From NCBI GenBank assembly GCA_044226625.1, contig JBGAGQ010000112.1, positions 1 through 12,690 on the forward strand: a stretch of DNA of 12,690 nt. The letters run 5' to 3'. This stretch comes from Thermoanaerobaculia bacterium. Its GTDB lineage: Bacteria > Acidobacteriota > Thermoanaerobaculia > Multivoradales > UBA5704. The notes under the pieces are model-generated. The model worked only from the letters and a program-made list of their open reading frames with translations, was not told the DNA's origin and did not search any database. The translations under genes and the position numbers were made by a program. This document shows, piece by piece, positions 1 to 8,053 of the stretch (position 1 is its first letter; each line of letters opens with the position of its first letter).

Positions 1-917
1 GCTCCTGGGGTGCGAGGACCGGCCACCATGGGAGGAGAGGCGCTCAGGTCGCCCACTCGATAGACGCCGTTGTGGCCGTTCGCGATCTCCGGGAAGATCT
101 CGATCCCCTGCGTCGGATCGTCCGCCCGTCCCGAGATGCGCCGCGGCTGACAGCTCGACGCCTCGGCGGTGGTGCAAGTCCATGCCTCTCCTCCCCGATA
201 GGAGACGTCGAGGGCGGTCACCCGCAATCCGGGCCGCAGCGACAGGAGGACGGAGCCCGCGGTCTCGTAGCTGGGATCCCAGGGAACGCCCGGCCGGATC
301 CGGGTATGGACGTTGCCCATGAGCGCGATCACGACCCCTTCGGGCGTCTTGTCGAACGCGCCTTCGAGCGATTCGGCGAGCCGCCGGTCGCGCTCCGCCG
401 AGCTCGAAGCCCGTTCCGCGCGATCGAGCAGCTCCGCGCGAACAGGGCTGCCGCTGCTATGGAACCGTCGCAGACGGTCGAGCAGCTCGAACATCGCGCG
501 GCTTCGTCGCCCGTCCTGATAGTCGTCGCGCCAGAAGGGGCCCGCCAGCAGTGCGTCGCGATCCTTCTCGTTCCCGACGGACGACAGAAAGGCGTCGACG
601 CGGGAGGTCTCTTCCCGCGGAATTTCGAGCGCCACCGTAACCGGCAATCCCTTGCGCAAGGCGACGCACACCGCGTTGGCCAGGAAATCCGGGCTCTGCT
701 CCGTGCCGTGCATCTCCCCCAGGAGCAGGCCGGCGCCGGGAGAGAACAGCGAATCGAGGCCGGCGACCTCCCGGCATTCGAGCGAGGAAGTTGCCGACGG
801 CCGGGCTTGGACCACGGCGGGAGCCGGCTTGGGGGTGCATGCCGAAGCGAGCACCAGGCCGATCGAGCCGGCGATCGAGCCGGCGACCCTTGGAAAGTGG
901 GGTGTTGCGATCTTCAT
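1..917 (-). CDS. Putative lipoprotein, EreA/ChaN-like (erythromycin esterase-like superfamily) hydrolase; 3' end runs off the window
   Basis: Manual translation of the minus strand from ATG 917 is open to base 1: MKIATPHFPRVAGSIAGSIGLVLASA|CTPKP... with lipobox LASA-C, then LLLGEMHGT, VTVALEIP, FWRDDYQDGRRSRAM and IALMGNVH motifs, which resemble EreA/ChaN-like proteins. SD-like GGGAGA upstream of the ATG. Absent from the ORF track, presumably because its stop is outside the window; ORF 72..1121(+) is its antisense shadow. Confidence 0.75.
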   Translation of the reverse strand, partial: MKIATPHFPRVAGSIAGSIGLVLASACTPKPAPAVVQARPSATSSLECREVAGLDSLFSPGAGLLLGEMHGTEQSPDFLANAVCVALRKGLPVTVALEIPREETSRVDAFLSSVGNEKDRDALLAGPFWRDDYQDGRRSRAMFELLDRLRRFHSSGSPVRAELLDRAERASSSAERDRRLAESLEGAFDKTPEGVVIALMGNVHTRIRPGVPWDPSYETAGSVLLSLRPGLRVTALDVSYRGGEAWTCTTAEASSCQPRRISGRADDPTQGIEIFPEIANGHNGVYRVGDLSASPPMVAGPRTPG

Positions 918-1025
918 GGAAACATCTCCCGCAAAGCTCCTCTCGAAACGCTGACTCCGCGAAAACATCGGGAAGATGCTATCGCTTTGCGAGAGGGAGC
1001 GCCTTTACGAAGAGACGCGATGCTT

Positions 1026-1673
1026 CTAGGGGGAGTGGCCCAGCCACCATCCTACGGGACCTACGGGGCCCATGGGGCCCATCGGATCGAGCGGAGCGAG
1101 GGGATCGGTGGTTCGGCCTGACCGATCGTCTCCTTCGGTCGCCTCGTTCACGTGCCAAGGCCCCGGGATTGCGTCGCGCTGCCAATACAGCGAGCCGGCG
1201 GGCAGATCGAGGGTCTCCCCGCCCCCGGCACGGAGGCGCAATGCGGTCTTCGCGAACAGACCCCGCGCGGCGAAACCCTCGTCCCAGGGGTCTCCCAATC
1301 GTGCCGCGAGCATCGTCCCGCGGCCCGCGGCGACCATCAAATTCAAATCGCGCGTCGGCCCGTCGTGCAGGTGGCAGTCGGGCGCGTCGCCGCCGTCGAA
1401 CCGCAGCGGCTCGTCGAGCGGGCCGAGACTTCTCTCCTGAGCGCCGAAACGCAGGCGCACACCACGGCCTTCGACCACAGCGAACCAACGGGTCACTCCT
1501 GGGAACGAGGAAAACGGACCGTCGGCCTCGATCTCCGCGACGCTGATCCGGAGACTCCAGGGGCCCGGATGATCCCGGTCGGGCCAGACGAGGAGCTCGC
1601 GGGTCCGCCCTCCGCCGTTCTTCCAAGGGGTGGGCGCGACGTCGTCGAGTCGCACGATGCGCGGGCGGTCCAT
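1026..1673 (-). CDS. hutD: HutD/Ves family protein (cupin-like)
   Basis: PWKNGGGRTREL...WSLRISVAEIEADGPFSSFPGVTRWFAVVEGRG...GPTRDLNLM is the HutD/Ves signature. Start moved from 1859 to ATG 1673 (MDRPRIVRL) because the upstream extension overlaps the divergent protease gene. 215 aa. Confidence 0.9.
   Translation of the reverse strand: MDRPRIVRLDDVAPTPWKNGGGRTRELLVWPDRDHPGPWSLRISVAEIEADGPFSSFPGVTRWFAVVEGRGVRLRFGAQERSLGPLDEPLRFDGGDAPDCHLHDGPTRDLNLMVAAGRGTMLAARLGDPWDEGFAARGLFAKTALRLRAGGGETLDLPAGSLYWQRDAIPGPWHVNEATEGDDRSGRTTDPLAPLDPMGPMGPVGPVGWWLGHSP
1051..1104. repeat. Six degenerate 9-bp tandem units inside the 3' end of hutD
   Basis: cctacggga/cctacgggg/cccatgggg/cccatcgga/tcgagcgga/gcgagggga, encoding a Pro-periodic tract DPLAPLDPMGPMGPVGPVG on the minus strand. 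Confidence 0.7.
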
Positions 1674-1773
1674 GGCGCGGATCCTAACGGCAACTTGCGC
1701 AAGGGCGTTCCGTACAGTCAGGATCGGTCGATTCCGCGCCACCCCTTCGCCATCTCCTCGGAAAGGACTCCCC

Positions 1774-4700
1774 GTGAAGAAACGCCTGCTGCCATTGCTC
1801 GCCCTTCTCGCCCTCTCCGTCGCTCCCGCGCGCGGAGCGGAAGACACGGGGTCCCGCATGCTTCATACGCCGGACGTCTCGCGCGACCGGATCGTTTTCG
1901 TCTATGCCGGGGACGTGTGGATCGTCCCCCGGGCAGCGGAAGACACGGGGTCCCGCATGCTTCATACGCCGGACGTCTCGCGCGACCGGATCGTTTTCGT
2001 CTATGCCGGGGACGTGTGGATCGTCCCCCGGGCCGGCGGCGAAGCACGGCGGCTGACCTCTCACCCGGGCCAGGAGCTCTTCCCCAAGCTCTCGCCGGAC
2101 GGCCGGCAGGTCGCCTTCTCGGGCGAATACACGGGCACCCGCCAGGTCTACGTCGTCTCGGCCGACGGCGGCGAGCCGAAGCAGCTCACGTTCCGCAACG
2201 ACATCGGCGAGCTGCCCCCGCGCGGCGGCTACGACAACGTGATCCTCGACTGGACGCCCGACGGCAAGAAGATCGTCTTCCGCGCGAACCGCGTCCCGTA
2301 CGACGAGCGGATCGGCCGCCCTTACGCGGTGCCCGCCGCGGGCGGCATGGAAGAGCCGCTGCGCATGCCCGAAGGGGGCGCCGGAACCCTTTCGCCCGAC
2401 GGCAACCGCTTCGTCTATACCCCGATCGGCCGCGAGTTCCGCAACTGGAAGCGCCACCGCGGCGGCCGGACCCCCGACCTCTGGATCTACGACTTCGGCA
2501 AGGACAGCGCCGAGCAGATCACCAAGACGCCCGAAAACGAGATGTGGCCGGTCTGGCTGGGCGACCAGATCTTCTACGCCTCGGACCGGGACCACACGCT
2601 CAATCTCTTCTCCTACGACGTGCGGACGAAGGCGACGGCCAAGGTCACGAACGGCGACTGGGACGCCATGTGGCTGAGCGGCGGCCCCGATGCGGTGGTC
2701 TACGAAGCGGGGGGTTGGATCTGGCTCTACGATCCACAGCGCGGCGAGACGAACAAAGTGCCGATCCACGTCTTGGGCGACTTCCCCGAGGCGGTTCCGT
2801 CCTTCGTCGACCTGTCGCGTAGCGTCGAGGCCGCCGTGCCCTCCCCCACGGGGAAGCGCGCCCTGCTCACCGCGAACGGCGAGCTGTTCACGGTCCCGGC
2901 CGAGCACGGGGAGATCAAGAATCTCACCACCTCCCCGGGCGTCCGCGAGATGTCGGCCAGCTGGTCGCCCGACGGCAAGTGGATCTCCTACCTTTCCGAC
3001 CGGAGCGGCGAGTACGAGATCTGGGTGCGCCCGAGCGACGGCTCCGGCCCGGAGCGGCGGGTGACGACCGACGGCGACGTCTGGCGCTTCGCGCCGGTCT
3101 GGTCGCCCGATTCGAAGAAGCTCGCCTTCGGCGACAAGAAGGCGCGCGTGCGGATCGCGGACGTCGATTCCGGCAAGGTGCGAGATGCCGATTCCTCGCG
3201 CTACGGCACGATCGAGCTCTACCGCTTCTCGCCCGACAGCCGGTTCCTCGCTTACACCAAGAACGGCGCGAACCACCTCTCCTCGATCTGGATCTACTCG
3301 CTCGACGAGGGCAAGGCGCGCCAGCTCACCGATAGCGGCGCGAACGACTTCGAGCCGGTGTGGGACCCGAACGGGCGCTACCTCTACTTCCTCTCGAATC
3401 GTGACTTCACCCTCACCTTCAGCGGCTTCGAGAGCCAGTATCTCTACACCGACCCGACCCGCGTCTACGTGGGCGAGCTGTCGAAGGACGCCCCGGCGCT
3501 CTTCCCGCCGCAGAGCGACGATGAGCCGACGGGTGCCGCCGCCAAGGCGACCGATCCGGCGAAAGTCGCCAAGGTATCGATCGATTTCGACGGCTTTGAC
3601 GGCCGAGTGCGGGCGATCCCGGGAGACCCCGGCGCCTACCGGTCGCTCTCGGCGTCGGCCGACGCGCTCTTCTACCTGAAGCAGATCAACCCGGCGACCA
3701 CGCAGTTGTTCCGTTTCGGCCTCGGAGCGCGGGAAGAAAAATCGGTCCTCGACGAGGTCGGCGACTACACGCTCTCCGGCGACGGCAAGAAGATCCTCTA
3801 CCAGCACGGGCTGGATTTCGGGTTCGTCGACGCGCTGCCCGACCAGAAGCCGACCGGGCGCCTCGACCTTGCGAGCCTCCAGATGCGGAGCGTGCCGCGC
3901 GAGGAGTGGGCGCAGATGTACCGCGACGCCGGCCGCCTGGTGCGCGACTGGTTCTACGACCCGAACCTCCACGGCCGGGACTGGACGGCTATCCTCAAGC
4001 GCTACGGCGAGCTGATGCCTTACGTCGCGAGCCGCAACGACCTCGACTGGATCCTGAACGAGATCCTGGCGGAGCTGGGCGCCGGCCACACCTACCTCGA
4101 GCGCCGTCCGCACTGGTCGCCGGTCGAGCGGAAAGCGGGCGGGCTGCTCGGCGCCGAGATCGTCACCGACCCGTCCGGAACCTTCCGCATCGCCCAAATC
4201 TTCCCGGGCGAAAACTGGCACGAGGACTTCCGGTCGCCGCTCACCGAGCAAGGGGTGAACGCCCAGGAAGGCGAGCTGATCCTGGCCGTCGACGGCGTCT
4301 CGACCAAGGGAGTCGACAACTTCTACCGCCTGCTGGAAAACAAGGGCGGGCGTACGGTGTCGTTGCTGCTGAACAAGAAGCCGACGACCGACGGCGCCCA
4401 CGAGGAAAAAGTCTCGACGATCACCAGCGAGCAGAACCTCCGCTACCTCGCCTGGGTCGAGGCGAGCCGGCGCCGGGTGGAGAAAGCCTCGAACGGGCGG
4501 ATCGGCTACATCCACCTGCCGAACACCGCCTTCGAAGGAAACCGCGAGCTGTTCAAGCACTTCTACCCGCAGGTCGACAAGGACGCGCTGATCCTCGACG
4601 ACCGCTACAACGGCGGCGGCTTCATTCCAGACTCGATGATCGCCCTGCTCACCCGGCCGCTCCTCTCCTACTGGGTCCGCCGCGGCGAAGAGCCGAACAC

Positions 4701-5100
4701 GACGCCCGATTTCGTCAACCCGGGACCCAAGGCCTGCCTGATCAACTGGAGCGCCGGCTCAGGCGGCGACGCCTTCCCCTACTACTTCCGCGAGCTCGGC
4801 CTCGGACCGCTGATCGGCACCCGCACCTGGGGTGGTCTGATCGGCCTCTCCGGCAACCCGCCGCTCATGGACGGCGGAGCGGTTCTCGTACCCCAGTTTC
4901 GATTCATGGATCCCAGCGGCCAATGGGCGGTCGAAAACGAAGGGGTGAGCCCCGACATCGAAGTTATCGATCGCCCTGATCTGATCGCCAAAGGTCAGGA
5001 TCCGACGCTCGAAAAGGCGATCGAAGTCTTGCTTGCCGAGCTGGCGAAGAACCCGCGGAAGAAGGTTGTCGTGCCGCCGATTTTGCCGCCTCGGGAGTAG
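1774..5100 (+). CDS. Tricorn protease homolog (peptidase S41; beta-propeller repeats, PDZ, catalytic domains), secreted
   Basis: GTG 1774 after SD AAAGGA; signal peptide MKKRLLPLLALLALSVAPARG; many PD40-like (W/L)SPDG(K/R) repeats; ELGAGHTY (catalytic His region), PDZ segment GELILAVDG, GYIHLPN, DDRYNGGG, SAGSGGDAFPYYFR (catalytic Ser), LIGTRTWGGLIG, VENEGVSPDIEV. 1108 aa as assembled. Confidence 0.95.
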   Translation: MKKRLLPLLALLALSVAPARGAEDTGSRMLHTPDVSRDRIVFVYAGDVWIVPRAAEDTGSRMLHTPDVSRDRIVFVYAGDVWIVPRAGGEARRLTSHPGQELFPKLSPDGRQVAFSGEYTGTRQVYVVSADGGEPKQLTFRNDIGELPPRGGYDNVILDWTPDGKKIVFRANRVPYDERIGRPYAVPAAGGMEEPLRMPEGGAGTLSPDGNRFVYTPIGREFRNWKRHRGGRTPDLWIYDFGKDSAEQITKTPENEMWPVWLGDQIFYASDRDHTLNLFSYDVRTKATAKVTNGDWDAMWLSGGPDAVVYEAGGWIWLYDPQRGETNKVPIHVLGDFPEAVPSFVDLSRSVEAAVPSPTGKRALLTANGELFTVPAEHGEIKNLTTSPGVREMSASWSPDGKWISYLSDRSGEYEIWVRPSDGSGPERRVTTDGDVWRFAPVWSPDSKKLAFGDKKARVRIADVDSGKVRDADSSRYGTIELYRFSPDSRFLAYTKNGANHLSSIWIYSLDEGKARQLTDSGANDFEPVWDPNGRYLYFLSNRDFTLTFSGFESQYLYTDPTRVYVGELSKDAPALFPPQSDDEPTGAAAKATDPAKVAKVSIDFDGFDGRVRAIPGDPGAYRSLSASADALFYLKQINPATTQLFRFGLGAREEKSVLDEVGDYTLSGDGKKILYQHGLDFGFVDALPDQKPTGRLDLASLQMRSVPREEWAQMYRDAGRLVRDWFYDPNLHGRDWTAILKRYGELMPYVASRNDLDWILNEILAELGAGHTYLERRPHWSPVERKAGGLLGAEIVTDPSGTFRIAQIFPGENWHEDFRSPLTEQGVNAQEGELILAVDGVSTKGVDNFYRLLENKGGRTVSLLLNKKPTTDGAHEEKVSTITSEQNLRYLAWVEASRRRVEKASNGRIGYIHLPNTAFEGNRELFKHFYPQVDKDALILDDRYNGGGFIPDSMIALLTRPLLSYWVRRGEEPNTTPDFVNPGPKACLINWSAGSGGDAFPYYFRELGLGPLIGTRTWGGLIGLSGNPPLMDGGAVLVPQFRFMDPSGQWAVENEGVSPDIEVIDRPDLIAKGQDPTLEKAIEVLLAELAKNPRKKVVVPPILPPRE
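1836..2033. repeat. Perfect 99-bp tandem duplication (1836-1934 = 1935-2033), in frame
   Basis: Identical copies; duplicates AEDTGSRMLHTPDVSRDRIVFVYAGDVWIVPRA. Identity stops exactly at both edges. Confidence 0.95.
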
Positions 5101-5116
5101 GGAAAGGTTTCCTCTG

Positions 5117-5148
5117 GCCCCCGGAAGCGCCACGGCGCTTCCGGGGGC
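5117..5148 (+). terminator. GC-rich perfect stem-loop after the tricorn gene; possible terminator or transcript stabiliser
   Basis: GCCCCCGGAAGCGCC-AC-GGCGCTTCCGGGGGC, starting 17 nt after the TAG. No clear U-tract, so intrinsic termination is uncertain. Confidence 0.55.
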
Positions 5149-5182
5149 GGCTTGGCCGAGTCCTGATCCCCCGCATCCCGCG

Positions 5183-5191
5183 TGATAAAAT
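5183..5191 (+). promoter_or_regulatory. Candidate extended -10 promoter for the conflict operon
   Basis: TG-A-TAAAAT in an AT-rich patch about 90 nt upstream of ATG 5283. No convincing -35. Confidence 0.35.
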
Positions 5192-5282
5192 TTGCGCGAT
5201 CCCTAGATTGATGCGGCGGCGCGTCGGTTTCCTCTGAGCCACTCACGACCCGAGGCGTCGGCCGGTCCCGGAGGGCGGGTCG

Positions 5283-5558
5283 ATGGCCAAGGTTGCGCTG
5301 GCGGACATGATCGAGGAGCTTCGCAACGAGCTTCAGATTGCGATGGAGAAGGGCGAAGGGAGGAGCCTGCGCTTCGAGCTGGGGGAGATCACGCTCGAGG
5401 CGGAGGTGGCGGTCGAGGCGGAGGCGAGGGCCGGTCTCAAGTTCTGGGTGTTCAGCGGAGTTGAGGCTGCGGCAAACCAGGGGAAAACGCAGAAGATCAC
5501 TCTGCGGCTCCTGCCACGCGGCGAGGACGGTCAACCCATCACGAATCTTTCGAGGTAG
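5283..5558 (+). CDS. Trypco2-like (trypsin co-occurring domain 2) small protein
   Basis: 91 aa; LADMIEELRNEL...LRFELGEITLEAEV...AGLKFWV...QKITLRLLP matches the Trypco2 pattern as I recall it; lies directly upstream of a trypsin-like gene; SD GGAGGG. Confidence 0.85.
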   Translation: MAKVALADMIEELRNELQIAMEKGEGRSLRFELGEITLEAEVAVEAEARAGLKFWVFSGVEAAANQGKTQKITLRLLPRGEDGQPITNLSR

Positions 5559-5561
5559 GAG

Positions 5562-7085
5562 GTGGAGCTGGCGCGTCTGGTCAGGATCACCCGCGATGGC
5601 TCAGCAGTGAACGGCGGCACCGGCTATCTGCTCGCCACGCACCTTGTTCTCACCGCGCGACACGTCGTCGAAGGCGCTGAACGGATCGAGGTTCGTTACA
5701 ACGGAGCCGATGGCAAGGAAGCGACGGCGGAACCGATCGAGCCGCCCTATTTCGGCGAAGGGGATCTCGATCTGGCGGTGCTTCGCGTGGCGACGGGCCT
5801 TGACCTTTCTGCGGTGCCTCTCGGTCCCGAGCGATTTATCGGTGATCGCCCTTGGCGTTCGAAGGGGTGGGCGCGCGCGGCCCGAGGGGTCGCGGCGGAG
5901 GAGGCGAGCCAGGCTGATCGGATGAGCGCGCTCGCCGGGTCCGCTTATGAATTCTCCGCGACGGCGACGACTTTCGAGCTGGGAGTCGACGACCCGCCGA
6001 CCGAGCTCGATTGGTGGAAGGGTGCATCCGGCGCTCCTGTGTTCATTGCCGACCGTTCCGGTGAAAGGCTGGTCGGCGTGATCGCACAGGGGGATCAGCC
6101 CTTCGACGGTCGGCGGCTGCGCGCCGTGCCGCTCGCGGCGGTCTGGGGCGATCGACGATTCCTTGCCGCGATCGACCACGACAAAGCGCAGGAAGAACGT
6201 CGCAAGCGACGGAAAGAGGAGCTGATCTCTGCTCTCGAAAACCGCCTCAGCCTGCACCACGAGGCCGCTTGGACGATCGCCAACGAGCATCCTCTTTGGC
6301 GAGAGGCGCTGGATCAGAAAGAGAGCAGCGGATACCTCGCCCTGGCGAAGGCCCTTTGCGAATCGCGCTCCTGGCGCGAAACGATCGAGCTGCTCGACCG
6401 TGCGCACCTTCGGATGGTCGAGGAAGAAGAACGTGATGCTTCCAGGACCTCGCATGAACGCTCGCACTCCGAGGAGATCGTCCGGATCTTGGAGCGCGTC
6501 CTGCCGGAGGTGTATTACTCGACGGTGAGCCAAGCGGCACCGAAAGGGGAGGGGAGCTTCATCGAGCTTCCGGTCGAGACCGCGACGCTCGCCGAGATCG
6601 CGATGGCCGCGATCGACGGGCGGTGTCTAGCTTTGGAAGAGGTCCGCAAGAAGAAGGTCTATCCGAAGAGCACTTTTCAGATCGACCCGAAGCACTCGAA
6701 GGAGCGGAAAGGGTTCGACTTCACGGGGGCTGCTGCGCTCGGCGGCTGGCTGGAGGTCATCGCGCGATGGATCGGCCTCGATCCGGACGACATCGAGACA
6801 CTGCGCCACCCGAATCGCCTGGACGAGTTGGCGCGACGCATTGATAGTGAGATCGAAACCGACGTCCGGCGCGGAGAGCCTCGACGCTATTTCGTCTATC
6901 CGAGCGACTTCGCCGAACGAAACCAGCTATTCCTTCGACAGCTCGGAAGCGCGCTTCACTCCCTCCGATTCGTCCAACTGACCGGCAAGAGCCTCACCGA
7001 CGAGCGCGACGCCTGCGAGCCGCTGCGCGCAATCCTCTTCCGTTCCTATGAGCACCGCAACAAGAAAGGCAGGCGCCGATCGTGA
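5562..7085 (+). CDS. Trypsin-like serine protease fused to an uncharacterised ~300-aa C-terminal domain (third component of a MoxR/vWA ternary system)
   Basis: Intact triad motifs GTGYLL...LTARHVV (His), DLDLAVL (Asp), WKGASGAPVF (Ser); no signal peptide; starts 3 nt after the Trypco2 stop; its TGA overlaps the MoxR GTG (GTGA). Confidence 0.85.
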   Translation: MELARLVRITRDGSAVNGGTGYLLATHLVLTARHVVEGAERIEVRYNGADGKEATAEPIEPPYFGEGDLDLAVLRVATGLDLSAVPLGPERFIGDRPWRSKGWARAARGVAAEEASQADRMSALAGSAYEFSATATTFELGVDDPPTELDWWKGASGAPVFIADRSGERLVGVIAQGDQPFDGRRLRAVPLAAVWGDRRFLAAIDHDKAQEERRKRRKEELISALENRLSLHHEAAWTIANEHPLWREALDQKESSGYLALAKALCESRSWRETIELLDRAHLRMVEEEERDASRTSHERSHSEEIVRILERVLPEVYYSTVSQAAPKGEGSFIELPVETATLAEIAMAAIDGRCLALEEVRKKKVYPKSTFQIDPKHSKERKGFDFTGAAALGGWLEVIARWIGLDPDDIETLRHPNRLDELARRIDSEIETDVRRGEPRRYFVYPSDFAERNQLFLRQLGSALHSLRFVQLTGKSLTDERDACEPLRAILFRSYEHRNKKGRRRS

Positions 7086-8053
7086 GATTCCTCGACGTCC
7101 GACCGGGTGAAGCCCGGACGTTGCCGGCCCATGGGGCGCTTTCGGAGGCCGTCCACGTCTTCGACGAGCGGATGATTGCCGCGATCGACGCGGCGCTCGC
7201 CGCCGACCGACCCCTTCTCGTGCGCGGCGAGCCGGGTACGGGAAAGAGCCAGCTCGCGCGCGCCGCGGCGGTCGCGCTTGGGCGCGTGTTCCTCCCGTTC
7301 ACGGTCGATGCCCGAACCGAATCGCGCGACCTCCTCTACTCGGTCGACACCGTCGCTCGGCTCGCTGAATCGCAGATCGTCGGCTTTTTGAAGAACTCGC
7401 AACCCGCGCTCGACGTCCGGGCGCACCTCGCCGAGAAGAATTTCACCTCGCCGGGCCCTCTCTGGTGGGTTTTCGACTGGCAGGGCGCGACCGATCAGGC
7501 GACCGTGGCGAGATCCGCGACGCCCTGGTCGCCGCAGGGCTGGACACCCGAGAACGGCGCGGTCCTCCTTCTCGACGAGATCGACAAAGCGGATCCGGCG
7601 GTTCCGAACGGCCTGCTCGAAGCGCTCGGCCTCGGCCAGTTCCCGACCCCCTGGGGCGATACGGTTTCGAGCCAGTCCGCGGTGCCTCCTCTCGTCGTAA
7701 TCACGACGAACGAAGAGCGGTCGTTGCCCGACGCGTTCGTCCGCCGATGCCTCGTCCTCCAACTCGGCTGGCCGATTCGACGCGACGAGCTGATCGCCGC
7801 CCTGATCGCGCGAGGCCGAGCCCACTTTCCCGCCGCCGCCGAGAATCTCTTGGCGACCGCCGCCGGAATGGTCGCCGACGATCGGGAGGCGATTCTCGAT
7901 CGGCACCTGAACCCGCCCGGCGGAGCCGAATATCTCGATCTTCTTCGCGCTGTGATCCGGCGCCACCCCGACGATCCCGAGGCCCAGAAGGCAGGGCTCG
8001 ATCGCATCCGCTCCTTCGCGCTGCGCAAGCATCCGGAGGAGAGGGAGGGTTGA
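7082..8053 (+). CDS. MoxR-family AAA+ ATPase
   Basis: RPLLVRGEPGTGKS (Walker A), VLLLDEIDKAD (Walker B), PNGLLE, VVITTNEERSLPDAFVRRC (sensor 1/Arg finger). DLLYSVDTVARL and GPLWWVFDW are typical of conflict-system MoxRs. 323 aa. Confidence 0.93.
   Translation: MRFLDVRPGEARTLPAHGALSEAVHVFDERMIAAIDAALAADRPLLVRGEPGTGKSQLARAAAVALGRVFLPFTVDARTESRDLLYSVDTVARLAESQIVGFLKNSQPALDVRAHLAEKNFTSPGPLWWVFDWQGATDQATVARSATPWSPQGWTPENGAVLLLDEIDKADPAVPNGLLEALGLGQFPTPWGDTVSSQSAVPPLVVITTNEERSLPDAFVRRCLVLQLGWPIRRDELIAALIARGRAHFPAAAENLLATAAGMVADDREAILDRHLNPPGGAEYLDLLRAVIRRHPDDPEAQKAGLDRIRSFALRKHPEEREG

Noticed and set aside
860-886. 12-bp tandem repeat (gatcgagccggc x2) in the lipoprotein signal peptide
   Set aside because: Only two copies, in frame (AGSI-AGSI); minor slippage with no sign of phase variation.
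72-1121. 349-aa plus-strand ORF
   Set aside because: Antisense shadow of the minus-strand lipoprotein and hutD end; no recognisable motifs.
1684-4560. 958-aa minus-strand ORF, and other long Arg/Pro-rich ORFs such as 1152..2822, 3906..4979, 7046..8281 and 9739..10671
   Set aside because: Shadow or alternate frames of well-supported genes in high-GC DNA, where stop codons are rare.
7465-8049. N-terminal extensions in the ORF track (7465 for vWA-FGE, 1630 for tricorn, 1859 for hutD, 10544 for FGE2)
   Set aside because: They overlap neighbouring real genes and are low-complexity; better starts with SD or stop-start overlap exist at 8050, 1774, 1673 and 11039.
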